Source: an uncultured Planctomycetota bacterium (lineage in GTDB: Bacteria; Planctomycetota; Phycisphaerae; Tepidisphaerales; Tepidisphaeraceae). Taken from it: 64,000 nt of DNA. This document shows, in pieces, positions 19,152-29,339 of this stretch; position 1 is the stretch's first letter; each line of letters opens with the position of its first letter. The stretch spans positions 320,001 to 384,000 of the forward strand of contig CAWJEN010000006.1 in NCBI GenBank assembly GCA_963841915.1, read 5' to 3'. Position numbers and translations under genes: made by a program. The notes beneath the pieces are model-generated. The model was not told where the DNA came from. It did not search any database and saw only the letters and a program-made list of their open reading frames with translations.

Positions 19152-20132
19152 GTGGCCAAAAGCGTCAAGAAGACAACGAAGAAGGCTCCCGTCAAGGCGG
19201 CCAAGTCTGTGAAATCGGCCAAGACGGCCAAGAAGCCCGTCGCCGCCAAGACGTCGAAAACGGCGACGGTCGCTAAAAGCGTCAAGGCGTCTAAGCCCGC
19301 GCCTGCCGCCAAGACGTCGGTGAAGAAGGTCGCCAAAGCTCCGGCCAGGGAGACCGCTTCGGCCAAGAAGGTCGCTGCGGTGAAAAAAGTAGCTACGGGG
19401 AAGAAAGTCGCTAAAAAGGCTCAGCCGAAGAAGGTTAGCAAGGCGGCCAAGGTGACGACGGCCAAGCCCAAGGCAAAAGTCGCCTCGGGCAAGCCGGCCA
19501 AGGTCGCTACGCCGCAGAAGGACGCCGCCAAGTCGGCTGCGAAGAAAGCACCTGCGAAGAAGGCACCGGCCAAGAAAGCTCCCGCCAAGAAGTCGGCCAA
19601 GGCGGCCAAAGCCGTCGAAGAGGTTGTCGAGGCTCCAAGGAAGCAACCACCACCCAAGCCCGCACCGAGCGGTTTGAGCTTCCTGGCGGGCAAGCCCGGC
19701 AGCAGCGGCAACGAGCAGAGCGAGATCATCGAAAAGCCGCACCTCACCGTCACCAAGCTGCCGACGAAGGACCTGGAGCGGTTCCGCGACCTGCTCCACG
19801 ACCACCGCCGCCGCCTGCTGGGTGACATCGAGGGCATGGAGAAGGAAGCCCTGCAAGGCGAGGGCAGCAACCTCAGTACGCTGCCGCTGCACATGGCCGA
19901 CATGGGCACCGACAATTACGAGCAGGAGTTCACGCTGTCGCTGGCCGACCGTGGCCGCCGCGTCATCGAAGAAATCGATCACGCGTTGAACAAGATCGAG
20001 TCCAACACCTACGGCATCTGCGAGGGAACCGGCCAGATGATCGCCAAGGCACGCCTGCAGGCCCAGCCGTGGGTGCGGTACAGCATCGAGTACGCCCGCA
20101 ACCAAGGCCGTCACAACGGTCGCCGGGCGTAG
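19152..20132 (+). CDS. DksA/TraR family protein with long Lys/Ala-rich histone-H1-like N-terminus
   Basis: KKAPA repeats, HMADMGTD coiled-coil tip, IDHAL, YGICEGTG and RLQAQPW. GAGG precedes GTG 19152. Confidence 0.88.
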   Translation: MAKSVKKTTKKAPVKAAKSVKSAKTAKKPVAAKTSKTATVAKSVKASKPAPAAKTSVKKVAKAPARETASAKKVAAVKKVATGKKVAKKAQPKKVSKAAKVTTAKPKAKVASGKPAKVATPQKDAAKSAAKKAPAKKAPAKKAPAKKSAKAAKAVEEVVEAPRKQPPPKPAPSGLSFLAGKPGSSGNEQSEIIEKPHLTVTKLPTKDLERFRDLLHDHRRRLLGDIEGMEKEALQGEGSNLSTLPLHMADMGTDNYEQEFTLSLADRGRRVIEEIDHALNKIESNTYGICEGTGQMIAKARLQAQPWVRYSIEYARNQGRHNGRRA

Positions 20133-20368
20133 GGCGTTGCGCCGCCGCGGCCGCCGTCGCGCACGTGATGGCGCGTCTCACCGTGAAGTACCCACGCCGG
20201 AAAGTCGCGTGCAGCGCGTGTAATTGCTGCACGCTGCGGCTCGCAACGACCCGCAGCAGCGACGATCCGCCGACGACTGTGCACGAGCCGACAGAGGTCG
20301 GATGAGCAGTTTCGTCGGTCGATGATGCGTCCAAAACCTTCGCCGCAAGGCGCCAGACGGGTTGGCGA

Positions 20369-20384
20369 TGTTCCACGTGGAACA
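20369..20384. other. parS: parS centromere-like site
   Basis: Perfect intergenic palindrome TGTTCCACGTGGAACA matching the bacterial parS consensus; symmetry extends over 20368-20385. Confidence 0.85.
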
Positions 20385-20445
20385 TTCTGCCTTCCGCCGA
20401 CGCCCCAGCACCCATTTGGCCGCCGCCGCGCATCGCCAAATGCGG

Positions 20446-21324
20446 CTACGGCGAGACGAACTCGACATCACCGGCGGGCTCAACAAATCCCTGTTCGGCC
20501 CCTTCGGCGAGGAATCGACGGATCGCCTCGCGACCGCGGTCGCCGTAGTCGATCGTCCAGTCGTTGACGTACATGCCCACAAACTCGTCGGCGAGCTCGT
20601 GGTCGAGCCCGCGGCCGTACTTGAGGCTGTGGGCGACGCTGACTTGGCGGTGGTCGAGGCTGTATTGGATGGAGTCGCGGAGCACACGCGTGACTTCCTT
20701 CATTGAGCCTTCGCCGTGCTGCTCATCAAGGCTCTTGAGGATGCAGTTGCCCCCCAGCGGCAGCGGCAAACCCGTGCGGTCCTGCCACCAGACGCCCAAG
20801 TCGGCAATGAGGTGCAGCCCCATGTCCTTGTACGTCAGCTGCCCTTCGTGAATCAGCAGGCCGACGTCGCACCGGCCGCTCAGGACCGCGTCGGGTATCT
20901 CGTCGAACATGACGACCTCGTAGTCGAACGCCTCACCCGCCTTGCCGAGGCAAAGCTGGCACGCCAGGAACGCACTCGTCAGCGTGCCGGGGACGGCGAT
21001 CTTGAGCTTTTTATTCTTGAGGTCGTCGAGCGACATCTCGGTCTTGCTGACAAGCCGCGGGCCGTAGCCGTCACCCATAGAGCTACCGCAGGACGTGAGG
21101 GCATACTTGTCAGCCACCAGCGGATAGCTGGCGATGCTGATGGCTGTCAGTTCGAGCTCGCCGTTGCGGGCGCGGTCGCTGAGCGTCTGGATGTCCTGCA
21201 GCACGTGGTTGAACCGCCACCGCCCCGCCTCCACGAGCGGCGGCTCATGCGTCAGGGCGTAGAACATAAACGCGTCGTCAGGATCGGGACTGTGGCCCAG
21301 TTGCAGCGTGACTTGGTCGGACAT
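20446..21324 (-). CDS. mqnD: 1,4-dihydroxy-6-naphthoate synthase (futalosine pathway)
   Basis: GHSPDPDDAFMFYAL, GDGYGP, LLIHEGQLTY, LPLPLG and MYVN motifs. Confidence 0.9.
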   Translation of the reverse strand: MSDQVTLQLGHSPDPDDAFMFYALTHEPPLVEAGRWRFNHVLQDIQTLSDRARNGELELTAISIASYPLVADKYALTSCGSSMGDGYGPRLVSKTEMSLDDLKNKKLKIAVPGTLTSAFLACQLCLGKAGEAFDYEVVMFDEIPDAVLSGRCDVGLLIHEGQLTYKDMGLHLIADLGVWWQDRTGLPLPLGGNCILKSLDEQHGEGSMKEVTRVLRDSIQYSLDHRQVSVAHSLKYGRGLDHELADEFVGMYVNDWTIDYGDRGREAIRRFLAEGAEQGFVEPAGDVEFVSP

Positions 21325-21343
21325 GTCCATCGACCGTAGCGGA

Positions 21344-21359
21344 CGTTCCACGTGGAACT
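21344..21359. other. parS: parS centromere-like site (second copy)
   Basis: cGTTCCACGTGGAACt, a perfect 14-bp core upstream of mqnD. Confidence 0.8.
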
Positions 21360-21470
21360 TCAGATCGAACGAAAGCGGGTAACGCCTGGCCAGTCGAAGA
21401 TGAGCATCAGAATGTTGATGCCGTCGATTAAGATGTGGGCTCCCTGCCGCGTCGTGGGGGTGGAGCCCTT

Positions 21471-22721
21471 ATGAACCATCGCCTGAACCTTTCTGTTGCC
21501 TTCGTTGTCACGTCGCTCGCCGTACCCGCCTTCGGGCAGGCGACGCGGCCAGCGCCCTATGGCGGTCTGACACAGGGCATGACGCCGCTCGACCCTTACG
21601 GCAACAGCGGCCAACCCGTCGACGCGCCGCAGGTCGAACCGACACCCGCGCCCACCGACGGCAATGCCATCGACCTCGTGATCCTGCTCGATACAAGCGG
21701 TTCGATGAGCGGCCTCATCGACCAGGCGAGGGCTCAGCTCTGGTCGATCGTCAACCGCGCCGCCAGCGGTGAGCGGGACGGCAACCCCGTCGTGCTCCGC
21801 GTGGCTGTCTTCGAGTACGGCAACGACAGGCTGCCCGTCGGTGAGAACTATGTCCGCCAACTCGTGCCGCTGACCGACAATCTCGACGCCGTCAGTGCTG
21901 CCCTGTTCAGCCTCACGACCGACGGCGGCAGCGAGTACTGCGGCGCTGTCATCGACGACGCCCTCGGCACCCTCGACTGGGCCAAGGGTGACGACGCGTA
22001 CCGCACGATCTTCATTGCCGGAAACGAGCCCTTTACCCAAGGCCCGATCGATTATCGCCTGGCCGTGGGAGAAGCCAAGGGTCGCGGCATCGTCGTCAAC
22101 ACCATCCACTGCGGCGATGCAGAGACCGGGCGGGCCGGCTCCTGGGTCGACGGCGCAACCGCAGGCGGAGGCGAAGCCTTCAACATCGACCACGACCGCT
22201 CGGCCGTTCCCGTCATCATTTGCCCGCAGGACGAACGGCTCATCGAACTCGGTGCAAAGCTGAACGAAACGTACCTGTGGTACGGCGACAGAGACTTCCG
22301 CTCCGGTAACAGCTTCAACCAGGTAACGGGAGATGCCCGTGCACTCGAACAAGCCCCGTCGGTCGCTGCCGATCGCGTGGCGTCCAAAGCGGGGAACGCT
22401 TACCGCAACGTCGGCCGTGACCTGGTCGACACCTTTGCCGATGATCCCGAAGCGTTGGACGACGTCGCAAAAGACGAGTTGCCCGAGGTCATGCAGGAGA
22501 TGACCGAGGAAGAACGGGTCGAGCACCTCAAGAAGACGGCCGCAGAGCGAAAAGCCCTGCAGGACGAGGTAGCCACGCTCTCTGCCGAGCGGGCAACGTA
22601 CATGGCAAGCCAACTGGCCAAGCGGGCCGAGGCCGGTGAGGAGACGCTGGGCGGTGCGATCGTCGAGGCGATCGAGCGGCAGATGAAAGCGATCGGATTC
22701 ACCGTTGAAGATGGCCAATGA
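21471..22721 (+). CDS. Secreted VWA-domain protein
   Basis: Signal peptide, MIDAS motif LLDTSGSM and IFIAGNEPF. Confidence 0.85.
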   Translation: MNHRLNLSVAFVVTSLAVPAFGQATRPAPYGGLTQGMTPLDPYGNSGQPVDAPQVEPTPAPTDGNAIDLVILLDTSGSMSGLIDQARAQLWSIVNRAASGERDGNPVVLRVAVFEYGNDRLPVGENYVRQLVPLTDNLDAVSAALFSLTTDGGSEYCGAVIDDALGTLDWAKGDDAYRTIFIAGNEPFTQGPIDYRLAVGEAKGRGIVVNTIHCGDAETGRAGSWVDGATAGGGEAFNIDHDRSAVPVIICPQDERLIELGAKLNETYLWYGDRDFRSGNSFNQVTGDARALEQAPSVAADRVASKAGNAYRNVGRDLVDTFADDPEALDDVAKDELPEVMQEMTEEERVEHLKKTAAERKALQDEVATLSAERATYMASQLAKRAEAGEETLGGAIVEAIERQMKAIGFTVEDGQ

Positions 22722-22744
22722 GCCTGCCCACGACCTTCTACTTC

Positions 22745-22772
22745 TAAACGGCCGTTTACAAACGGCCGTTTA
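22745..22772. promoter_or_regulatory. Tandem palindromic operator, probably bound by the adjacent TetR
   Basis: TAAACGGCCGTTTA followed directly by CAAACGGCCGTTTA, ending 22 bp before the TetR start. Confidence 0.75.
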
Positions 22773-22794
22773 CGTCGTAGGCTGCGAATGATGT

Positions 22795-23466
22795 ATGGTG
22801 GCATCGACCGCACCAACTCCCAAGGCAGAAGCGGACGACGTCCGCGACCGCCTGCTCAAGGCGGCCGGGAAGGAGTTTGCGGCCAAGGGATTCGAACCGG
22901 CCAGCGTTCGAGCGATGTGTTCCGCCGCCGGGGCCAACGTCGCAGCCGTGAAGTACTACTTCGGCAGCAAGGAAGGGCTCTACGCCGCCGTCTGGGAAGC
23001 GGCCGTCGAACGCACCGTCAGCCACAAGTGCATGCCGGAGTTCGACACCCGGGGAGGCGACAATCTCAGCGATCCGGAGGCGGCATTACAGGCCTTTGTG
23101 CTGTGGTTCGTCGACCTGATGCTCTACCAGGACGTTCGCGCCACACCGTCGATGGGGCACTTGCTGTCGCACGAAATGCTCTGCCCCACGCCCGGCGGCA
23201 TCGACACCTTCATGAACCGCTGCTGCAAGCCGATCATGAGCCAGCTCCGGCAGATCATCCGGGCGATGGTCGGGCCCAGAGCCAGCGACCGGCTCGTCCG
23301 TCAGCTCGCCACGCACGTCATCGGCTTGTGCGTCCACCCGCATCAATCCCGCGAGATCCAGACGCGCGTCGGCGTCCCGCTGCCCCGCAGCAAGCCGACG
23401 CTCCGTCGCCTCGCGCTGGACATCAGTCGCTTTGCCACCGCCGGGATCAAAGCGTTCGCGACCTAG
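22795..23466 (+). CDS. TetR family regulator (YbiH/CerR-like)
   Basis: RDRLLKAAGKEFAAKGF and ANVAAVKYYFGSKEGLY helix-turn-helix. Confidence 0.9.
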   Translation: MVASTAPTPKAEADDVRDRLLKAAGKEFAAKGFEPASVRAMCSAAGANVAAVKYYFGSKEGLYAAVWEAAVERTVSHKCMPEFDTRGGDNLSDPEAALQAFVLWFVDLMLYQDVRATPSMGHLLSHEMLCPTPGGIDTFMNRCCKPIMSQLRQIIRAMVGPRASDRLVRQLATHVIGLCVHPHQSREIQTRVGVPLPRSKPTLRRLALDISRFATAGIKAFAT

Positions 23467-23551
23467 TCGAGTTGCTTTCGTCGTTTTCAGCCGCGCGTGC
23501 ACTGCACGCGCGGCTCGTACACATCCAAGCCGTCTTTCCTCTCTGCCACTT

Positions 23552-24736
23552 ATGACTTCGTCCGCCGAACCGCGTTCACCCAAAGATCAACGCAGGCGGC
23601 TTGTCATCCGCTGGACGACTCGTCTCGGCGTCGTCGCCTTATGCGCAGGCTTACTTGCCGGCGCGATGGCTCTGCGGCAGAACGGCATTGATGCGAAGCA
23701 GCAGGCAGCAGCGGCACGAGCCACGCCGCCGTTGCTCGTCCGCGTGGCACCCGCCGTCGCCGCCGAGGGGTACACCGTCGGTCGCTCATTCGTCGGTCGC
23801 GTCGAAGCCGGTCGACGCACGATGGCAGCATTCGAGCTGGTCGGCGTCGTTACCAGCGTCGGCCCCGATGACGGTGACCTCGTCTTGCAAGGTGATGTCA
23901 TCGCCGAGCTCGACACGGCCAAGTTCGAGGCGAGTCGGCAGGAGCTGCGGGCACGACTCAAGGTCGCCGAAGCCGACGCCGCCAACGCAAGACAGAGCTT
24001 CGACCGCACCACCGAAGCCGCCGAGCTGGATGCCGTGTCGGCTCAAAGCGTTGACGACGCGCAGCAACGCCTCGACGCCGCCGACGCCCAGGTTGATGTA
24101 GCCAATGCCGCCCTGGCTTCTGTGCAGGTCGACCTCGACAGGTCGCAGCTTTTGGCCCCGTACGACGCCGTCGTCGCTACGCGCATGATCGACGAGGGCG
24201 ACGTCGTTTCGCCGGGCATGGCAGCCTTCGAGCTGCTCGATCGCAACGCGCCCGAAGCTCGCATCGGCTTGGCGGGACCAGCTGTAGAAGCCGTCGAGGT
24301 AGGTCAGCAGCACTTCGTCACCGTCGGCACAGAACGCGTCGCGGCAACCGTTCGCCGCGTCATGCCCTCGCGCGATGACCTGTCGCGCACTGTCGACGCG
24401 ATCCTCGTCCTCGACCGGCCACTTGACGGCATTCGTCGCGGTGACTTGGTGACGCTCGACCTGCAGACGCCGATCGCGTCCAGCGGCTTCTCGCTGCCGT
24501 TGAGCGCCTTGACCGAGGGCACGCGCGGGCTGTGGTCCTGCTACGTCGCCGAGCCGACAGACAAGGTCGAAGACGCCACGCACATCATCCGCCGTCGCGA
24601 GCTGCAGTTGCTTCACCAGAGCGGCGACCGCGTCTACGTCCGCGGTACGTTGCAGCCGGGCGACCTCTTCGTCACCGACGGCATCCACCGCCTCGTGCCC
24701 GGCCTGCCCGTGCGGATCGAGCAGGTGAGCCGATGA
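23552..24736 (+). CDS. RND efflux periplasmic adaptor (MFP)
   Basis: N-terminal TM, lipoyl halves (GDLVLQGDVIAELD; LLAPYDAVV...GDVVSPG) and a coiled coil. Confidence 0.9.
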   Translation: MTSSAEPRSPKDQRRRLVIRWTTRLGVVALCAGLLAGAMALRQNGIDAKQQAAAARATPPLLVRVAPAVAAEGYTVGRSFVGRVEAGRRTMAAFELVGVVTSVGPDDGDLVLQGDVIAELDTAKFEASRQELRARLKVAEADAANARQSFDRTTEAAELDAVSAQSVDDAQQRLDAADAQVDVANAALASVQVDLDRSQLLAPYDAVVATRMIDEGDVVSPGMAAFELLDRNAPEARIGLAGPAVEAVEVGQQHFVTVGTERVAATVRRVMPSRDDLSRTVDAILVLDRPLDGIRRGDLVTLDLQTPIASSGFSLPLSALTEGTRGLWSCYVAEPTDKVEDATHIIRRRELQLLHQSGDRVYVRGTLQPGDLFVTDGIHRLVPGLPVRIEQVSR

Positions 24737-27700
24737 ATCTCCCCACGCTCTACTTTCGCAACAAGTACCTGCTGGTCCTGACGATTCTCGTCCTGCTGGC
24801 CACGGGAGGATTGGCTGCTTTGACGCTGCCGGTGATGGAAGACCCCATCATCACCAACCGCAATCCGCTCATCGTCACGCCCGTGCCGGGTGCCAGTGCA
24901 GAGCGTGTCGAGTCGCTCGTGACCGAGCGGATCGAAGAAGAAGTCCGGAAAATTCCCGAGGTCAAGCACGTGACCTCGACCAGCCGGGCCGGCGTGAGCG
25001 TCGTCAGCGTCGAGCTTGATGACGCTGTCGTCGAGGGCGAGAACCAGCGCCTCTTTAGCGAGATTCGCGACAAGCTGAGCGAGGCCGAGCGACAATTTCC
25101 GGCCGAAGCCGGCTCACCCGTGCTCGAAGACGACCGCGGTGCGACGGCCTACACGATGCTCGTCGGCTTCACCTGGAAAGCGGGTGGCGAGCCTGATCTT
25201 GGCATCCTGACCCGGCACGCCGACGCACTGGCCGACCGGTTGCGAAATGTCGGAGGCACGCAGTTTGTCGAAATCTTCGGCGACGCTGTAGAAGAAGTGT
25301 CCGTGGTCGTCGACCCGCGCGAGCTTGCGTTACTTGGCCTGAACACAAGCGACGTCGCCCGTGCGACGCGGCTCGCCGATGCCAAAAGACCGGCAGGCGT
25401 TTTTCGCGACAGCGACGATGCGTTACCCGTTGAGGTGGCCGGCGAACTCGACTCGGTGACCCGGGTGGCCAGCGTGCCGATACGTCGCGGAAGCGACGGC
25501 GACGTGCTGCGCGTCGGCGATGTCGCGACGATCCGCAAAAGCGTCCTCGATCCGCCGACCGACATCGCGATGATCGACGGTGAGCGGACGGTGCTCGTCG
25601 CCGCCCGCATGGGACGCGGCAGCCGCGTCACCGACTGGACGGACAGTGCTCGCGATGTCGTCGACGACTACCGCCAAAGCATCGGCCAGGGCGTCGGCCT
25701 CGACGTCGTCTTCGATCAGTCAACCTACACCGTCGCACGCCTCGGCGAACTCGTCGGCAACCTGCTGCTGGGCGTCACGGTGGTCATCGCCGTCATCTTT
25801 TTCTTCATGGGATGGCGATCGTCGCTGATCGTCGGGGCGACGTTGCCCGTGGTCTCGGGCATGGTCTTGTTCATGCTGTTGCTCACCGGTGGCGAGCTGC
25901 ACCAGATGAGCATTTTCGGCATGATCATCGCTCTCGGCCTGCTGATCGACAACGGCATCGTCGTCACCGAAGAGGTCAACCAGCACCTTGCCCGCGGTGA
26001 TTCGCGGGTTGACGCGGTCGCCAGCGTCGTCCGGCTCTATTTCGCCCCGCTGCTGGCCAGCACGCTGACGACCATCCTCGCCTTTGCACCCATCGCACTG
26101 TTGCCCGGTAGCGGCGGCGACTTTATCAGCGGCATCGCGATCAGCGTCATCTTCGCCATCGCCGGCTCGTTCCTCGTCGCGATCACGATCATCGTCTCGC
26201 TTGCCGGCCTGTTCGGCACACGGCCAACGGACAAGGACGAGCAAATGTGGACGCTGCGTCGCTGGCTCCGAAACGGCGTGCAAAGCGACGCCGTGACGAG
26301 CCAGTACCGCAAGCTCCTTCGGCTCGTCGTCGCTTTTCCGGTGCTGGCGTGCCTGCTCACGCTCACGCCACCGGTGGCGGGCGTCATCGTCGGCACGTCG
26401 CTGGGTCAAAGCTTCTTCCCGCCAACCTCGCGGGACATGTTCGACCTGAAAGTCTGGCTGCCACAGTCGGCCTCTGTCCATCAGACGCACGAGCTGACGG
26501 CGGAGATGGAGGCATTCATAAAGGAGACAGAGGGCGTCGAGCGGCTTGACTGGCTCGTGGGCGCCAGCTTCCCCAGCGTCTACTACAACCTCGTCATGAA
26601 TCAGGACAACAGCCCGCACTACGCGCAGGCTGTCGTCCACACGACCGATTCGGCGACGACGGAGCGGCTCATCCGCCCGCTGCAAGACAAGATCAACGAC
26701 CGCTTTTCGAATGCACGCGTCGTGCTGAACCAGTTCGGCCAGGGGCCACCGGTGCAGGCGGACATTGAGTATCGCATCTTTGGTGACGACCTTGCGAGGC
26801 TGCAAGATCTCGGCGAAGTCGTTCGCGAGCGCCTGCAGCAGCACCCGCAGGTCGTCTACGCGAACATGTCCGTGTCCCGCGGCACGCCGAAGCTTTGGCT
26901 CGACGCAAGTGAGGACGAGACTCAGTTGGCCGGTCTGCAACTGACGGATCTTGCCGCCCAGCTCAACGGCAACCTGAGCGGTGTCGTCGGCGGGAGCGTG
27001 CTCGAAGGGCTCGAAGAACTGCCCGTCCGCGTCCGGCACAACAGCGACGGTCAGACGACGCTAGACGCCATCGCCTCGACACCTTTTGCCTTGCCGAGTG
27101 GCGGATTCGTACCGCTCGAGGCGCTTGGCGAGCTGAACCTGCGGCCGACCGAGGCGGGCATCAGTCACTACGACGGCCTGCGGGTCAACACGATCGAGGC
27201 ATACACCCGCGACGGCGCACTGCCCATCGACCTGGCTTACGACGTACTTGCCGAGCTCGAGGCGGACGGCTTCGTCATGCCGCCCGGCTATCGCATCGGC
27301 CTCGGTGGCGAGGTCGAGCAGAGCGGCCAGTCGCAGGACAACTTGGCCACGTTCGCCCCGGCGTTGCTCATGGCGATGCTGGCGACGCTCGTCCTCACGT
27401 TCCGCAGCCTGCGGATGACAGGGCTGCTGCTCACCATCGCCGGCTCCTGTGTGGGCTTGGCCCTCTTTAGCACGTGGTCGGTGTCGCTGCCGTTCGGCTT
27501 CAACACGATTCTCGGCACGCTCGGCCTCATCGGCGTCGCACTCAACGACTCGATTGTCGTCATCAGCGCCATCCGCGGCAACGTTCTCGCCCGCAACGGG
27601 GACCACGAAGCGCTCGTCAGCGAGATCGTCTCGTCGACGCGACACATCTTGTCGACCACCCTCACGACCGTCGGCGGCTTCGCGCCGCTGCTGCTCCTGG

Positions 27701-27876
27701 CCGAAGGCGACTTCTGGCCGAGCCTCGCGATCGTGCTTTTCGGTGGCATCATTGGTGCCATGCTGCTGGCCTTGTTCTTCATCCCAGCGGCCTACGTGCT
27801 CGTCCACCCACGCAAGTTCGGCCTCATCGGCACGAAGCGTCACACCTCCGCCTTTTCACCAGCCATCGCCGCATGA
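24733..27876 (+). CDS. RND efflux permease (AcrB/AcrD/AcrF family)
   Basis: PGASAERVESLVT, ALGLLIDNGIVV and GVALNDSIV; ATGA overlap with the MFP gene. Confidence 0.93.
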   Translation: MNLPTLYFRNKYLLVLTILVLLATGGLAALTLPVMEDPIITNRNPLIVTPVPGASAERVESLVTERIEEEVRKIPEVKHVTSTSRAGVSVVSVELDDAVVEGENQRLFSEIRDKLSEAERQFPAEAGSPVLEDDRGATAYTMLVGFTWKAGGEPDLGILTRHADALADRLRNVGGTQFVEIFGDAVEEVSVVVDPRELALLGLNTSDVARATRLADAKRPAGVFRDSDDALPVEVAGELDSVTRVASVPIRRGSDGDVLRVGDVATIRKSVLDPPTDIAMIDGERTVLVAARMGRGSRVTDWTDSARDVVDDYRQSIGQGVGLDVVFDQSTYTVARLGELVGNLLLGVTVVIAVIFFFMGWRSSLIVGATLPVVSGMVLFMLLLTGGELHQMSIFGMIIALGLLIDNGIVVTEEVNQHLARGDSRVDAVASVVRLYFAPLLASTLTTILAFAPIALLPGSGGDFISGIAISVIFAIAGSFLVAITIIVSLAGLFGTRPTDKDEQMWTLRRWLRNGVQSDAVTSQYRKLLRLVVAFPVLACLLTLTPPVAGVIVGTSLGQSFFPPTSRDMFDLKVWLPQSASVHQTHELTAEMEAFIKETEGVERLDWLVGASFPSVYYNLVMNQDNSPHYAQAVVHTTDSATTERLIRPLQDKINDRFSNARVVLNQFGQGPPVQADIEYRIFGDDLARLQDLGEVVRERLQQHPQVVYANMSVSRGTPKLWLDASEDETQLAGLQLTDLAAQLNGNLSGVVGGSVLEGLEELPVRVRHNSDGQTTLDAIASTPFALPSGGFVPLEALGELNLRPTEAGISHYDGLRVNTIEAYTRDGALPIDLAYDVLAELEADGFVMPPGYRIGLGGEVEQSGQSQDNLATFAPALLMAMLATLVLTFRSLRMTGLLLTIAGSCVGLALFSTWSVSLPFGFNTILGTLGLIGVALNDSIVVISAIRGNVLARNGDHEALVSEIVSSTRHILSTTLTTVGGFAPLLLLAEGDFWPSLAIVLFGGIIGAMLLALFFIPAAYVLVHPRKFGLIGTKRHTSAFSPAIAA

Positions 27877-29336
27877 AGCGACTGACGATCATTTTCGCCG
27901 TCGCCTTGGTCGTCGGTTGCACCGTCGGGCCCGACTACGAACAGCCGACTGCTCAGACGCTGTCGATGCCGGCCGGCTACGCGACGACGCAACCCGCCAC
28001 ACAACCGGGACCACTCGTTTTTCCCGACACCGCGTGGTGGCAGCGGATGAATGATCCGACGCTTGACCGCCTTGTCGCGCAAGCGACGGTCGCAAATCTG
28101 GACGTGGAAGTCGCGCTCGCTCGACTACGCGAAGCCCGTGCGCTGCGACGTGCTTCACGCGCCGGTTATCTTCCGCAGCTCAGCGCTGGCGCTGACTACC
28201 GACGGACGCGGCTCAGCGAAAACGGTGCCGGCATTGGCCAAGCAGCCGTCAACCTGCAGGCCATCGAACTCGAACAAGATCTGTATCAGGTCGGCTTCGA
28301 CGCCTCGTGGGAACTCGACGTCTTCGGCGGCATCCGACGCAGCGTGCAGGCCGCCGACGCACGCGAGGCCGCAACGCTCGAAGCGGCTCGCGACGTGCTG
28401 CTGAGCGTGCAGGCTGAGGTCGCCCGCAATTACGCAGAACTTCGCGGGGCACAGTCCCGGCTGTCGGTCGCGAGGCGCAACATCAACATCCAGGAGGATT
28501 CCCTCGATCTTGTAAAACGCAAACGGTCGGCGGGACTTGTGCCGGAGGTCGACGTGGCACAGGCGCAGACACTGCTGGAAACGACGCGGGCTGGCCTGCC
28601 ACCGCTGCGGGCGGCTACGCGGGCAGCCGCTTATCGGCTGGCCGTTCTGACTGCCGTACCACCGGCGGCCATGGCTCCCTCGCTGCTCGACGACGCTGAC
28701 ATGCCAAGTTTGCCCGCTCTCGCGTCGCTCGATCTGCCTGCCGAGCTGTTGCGTCGACGCCCTGACCTGCGCCGGGCCGAACGACAGCTCGCCGCCGCGT
28801 CGGCAGACGTCGGCGTAGCGACCGCTGAGCTCTACCCAAAGTTTCGCCTGCTCGGCAGCCTCGGCCTGGAATCCGTCGAAGCAGGCGACCTCTTCGACAC
28901 AGGCAGTCGCGTCTGGTCGATCGGGCCCGGCGTCACCGTGCCGCTCCTGACCGGTGGCCGCTTGCGGGCCGTCGTTGATGCTGAACAGGCGCAGCTCGAC
29001 GCAGCGCTTGCGACATATCAACAGGCCGTACTGCTCGCACTCGAAGACGTCGATGCCTCACTCGTCCGCCGCCTCGAAGCGGAGAACGAGGTCGAACAAC
29101 TCACCCGCGCCCGCGATGCAGCAGTGCGTGCTGTTGGCTTGGCGACGATCTTGTACGACCGCGGCTTACGAGACTTCCAGGTCGTGCTCGACGCACAGTC
29201 GTCGCTCGCCAACGTCGACGACCGCCTCGCCACCGCTGAAGCGCGGGTGGTCATCGAGGCGATCGCGCTGTTCAAGTCGCTCGGCGGCGGTTGGGACACG
29301 CCCGACGCCGCCAAGCGGATGGCCGCAGCACCATGA
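27873..29336 (+). CDS. Outer membrane efflux lipoprotein (OprM/NodT family)
   Basis: Lipobox VVGC-TVGPDY, SWELDVFG, ELLRRRPD and LFKSLGGGW. Confidence 0.93.
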   Translation: MKRLTIIFAVALVVGCTVGPDYEQPTAQTLSMPAGYATTQPATQPGPLVFPDTAWWQRMNDPTLDRLVAQATVANLDVEVALARLREARALRRASRAGYLPQLSAGADYRRTRLSENGAGIGQAAVNLQAIELEQDLYQVGFDASWELDVFGGIRRSVQAADAREAATLEAARDVLLSVQAEVARNYAELRGAQSRLSVARRNINIQEDSLDLVKRKRSAGLVPEVDVAQAQTLLETTRAGLPPLRAATRAAAYRLAVLTAVPPAAMAPSLLDDADMPSLPALASLDLPAELLRRRPDLRRAERQLAAASADVGVATAELYPKFRLLGSLGLESVEAGDLFDTGSRVWSIGPGVTVPLLTGGRLRAVVDAEQAQLDAALATYQQAVLLALEDVDASLVRRLEAENEVEQLTRARDAAVRAVGLATILYDRGLRDFQVVLDAQSSLANVDDRLATAEARVVIEAIALFKSLGGGWDTPDAAKRMAAAP

Positions 29337-29339
29337 TGT

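Noticed and set aside
19020..27843. Long antisense and alternate-frame ORFs (for example 19020-20114, 21360-22718, 25720-27039)
   Set aside because: These are shadow ORFs expected in high-GC DNA opposite well-supported genes, and they carry no motifs.
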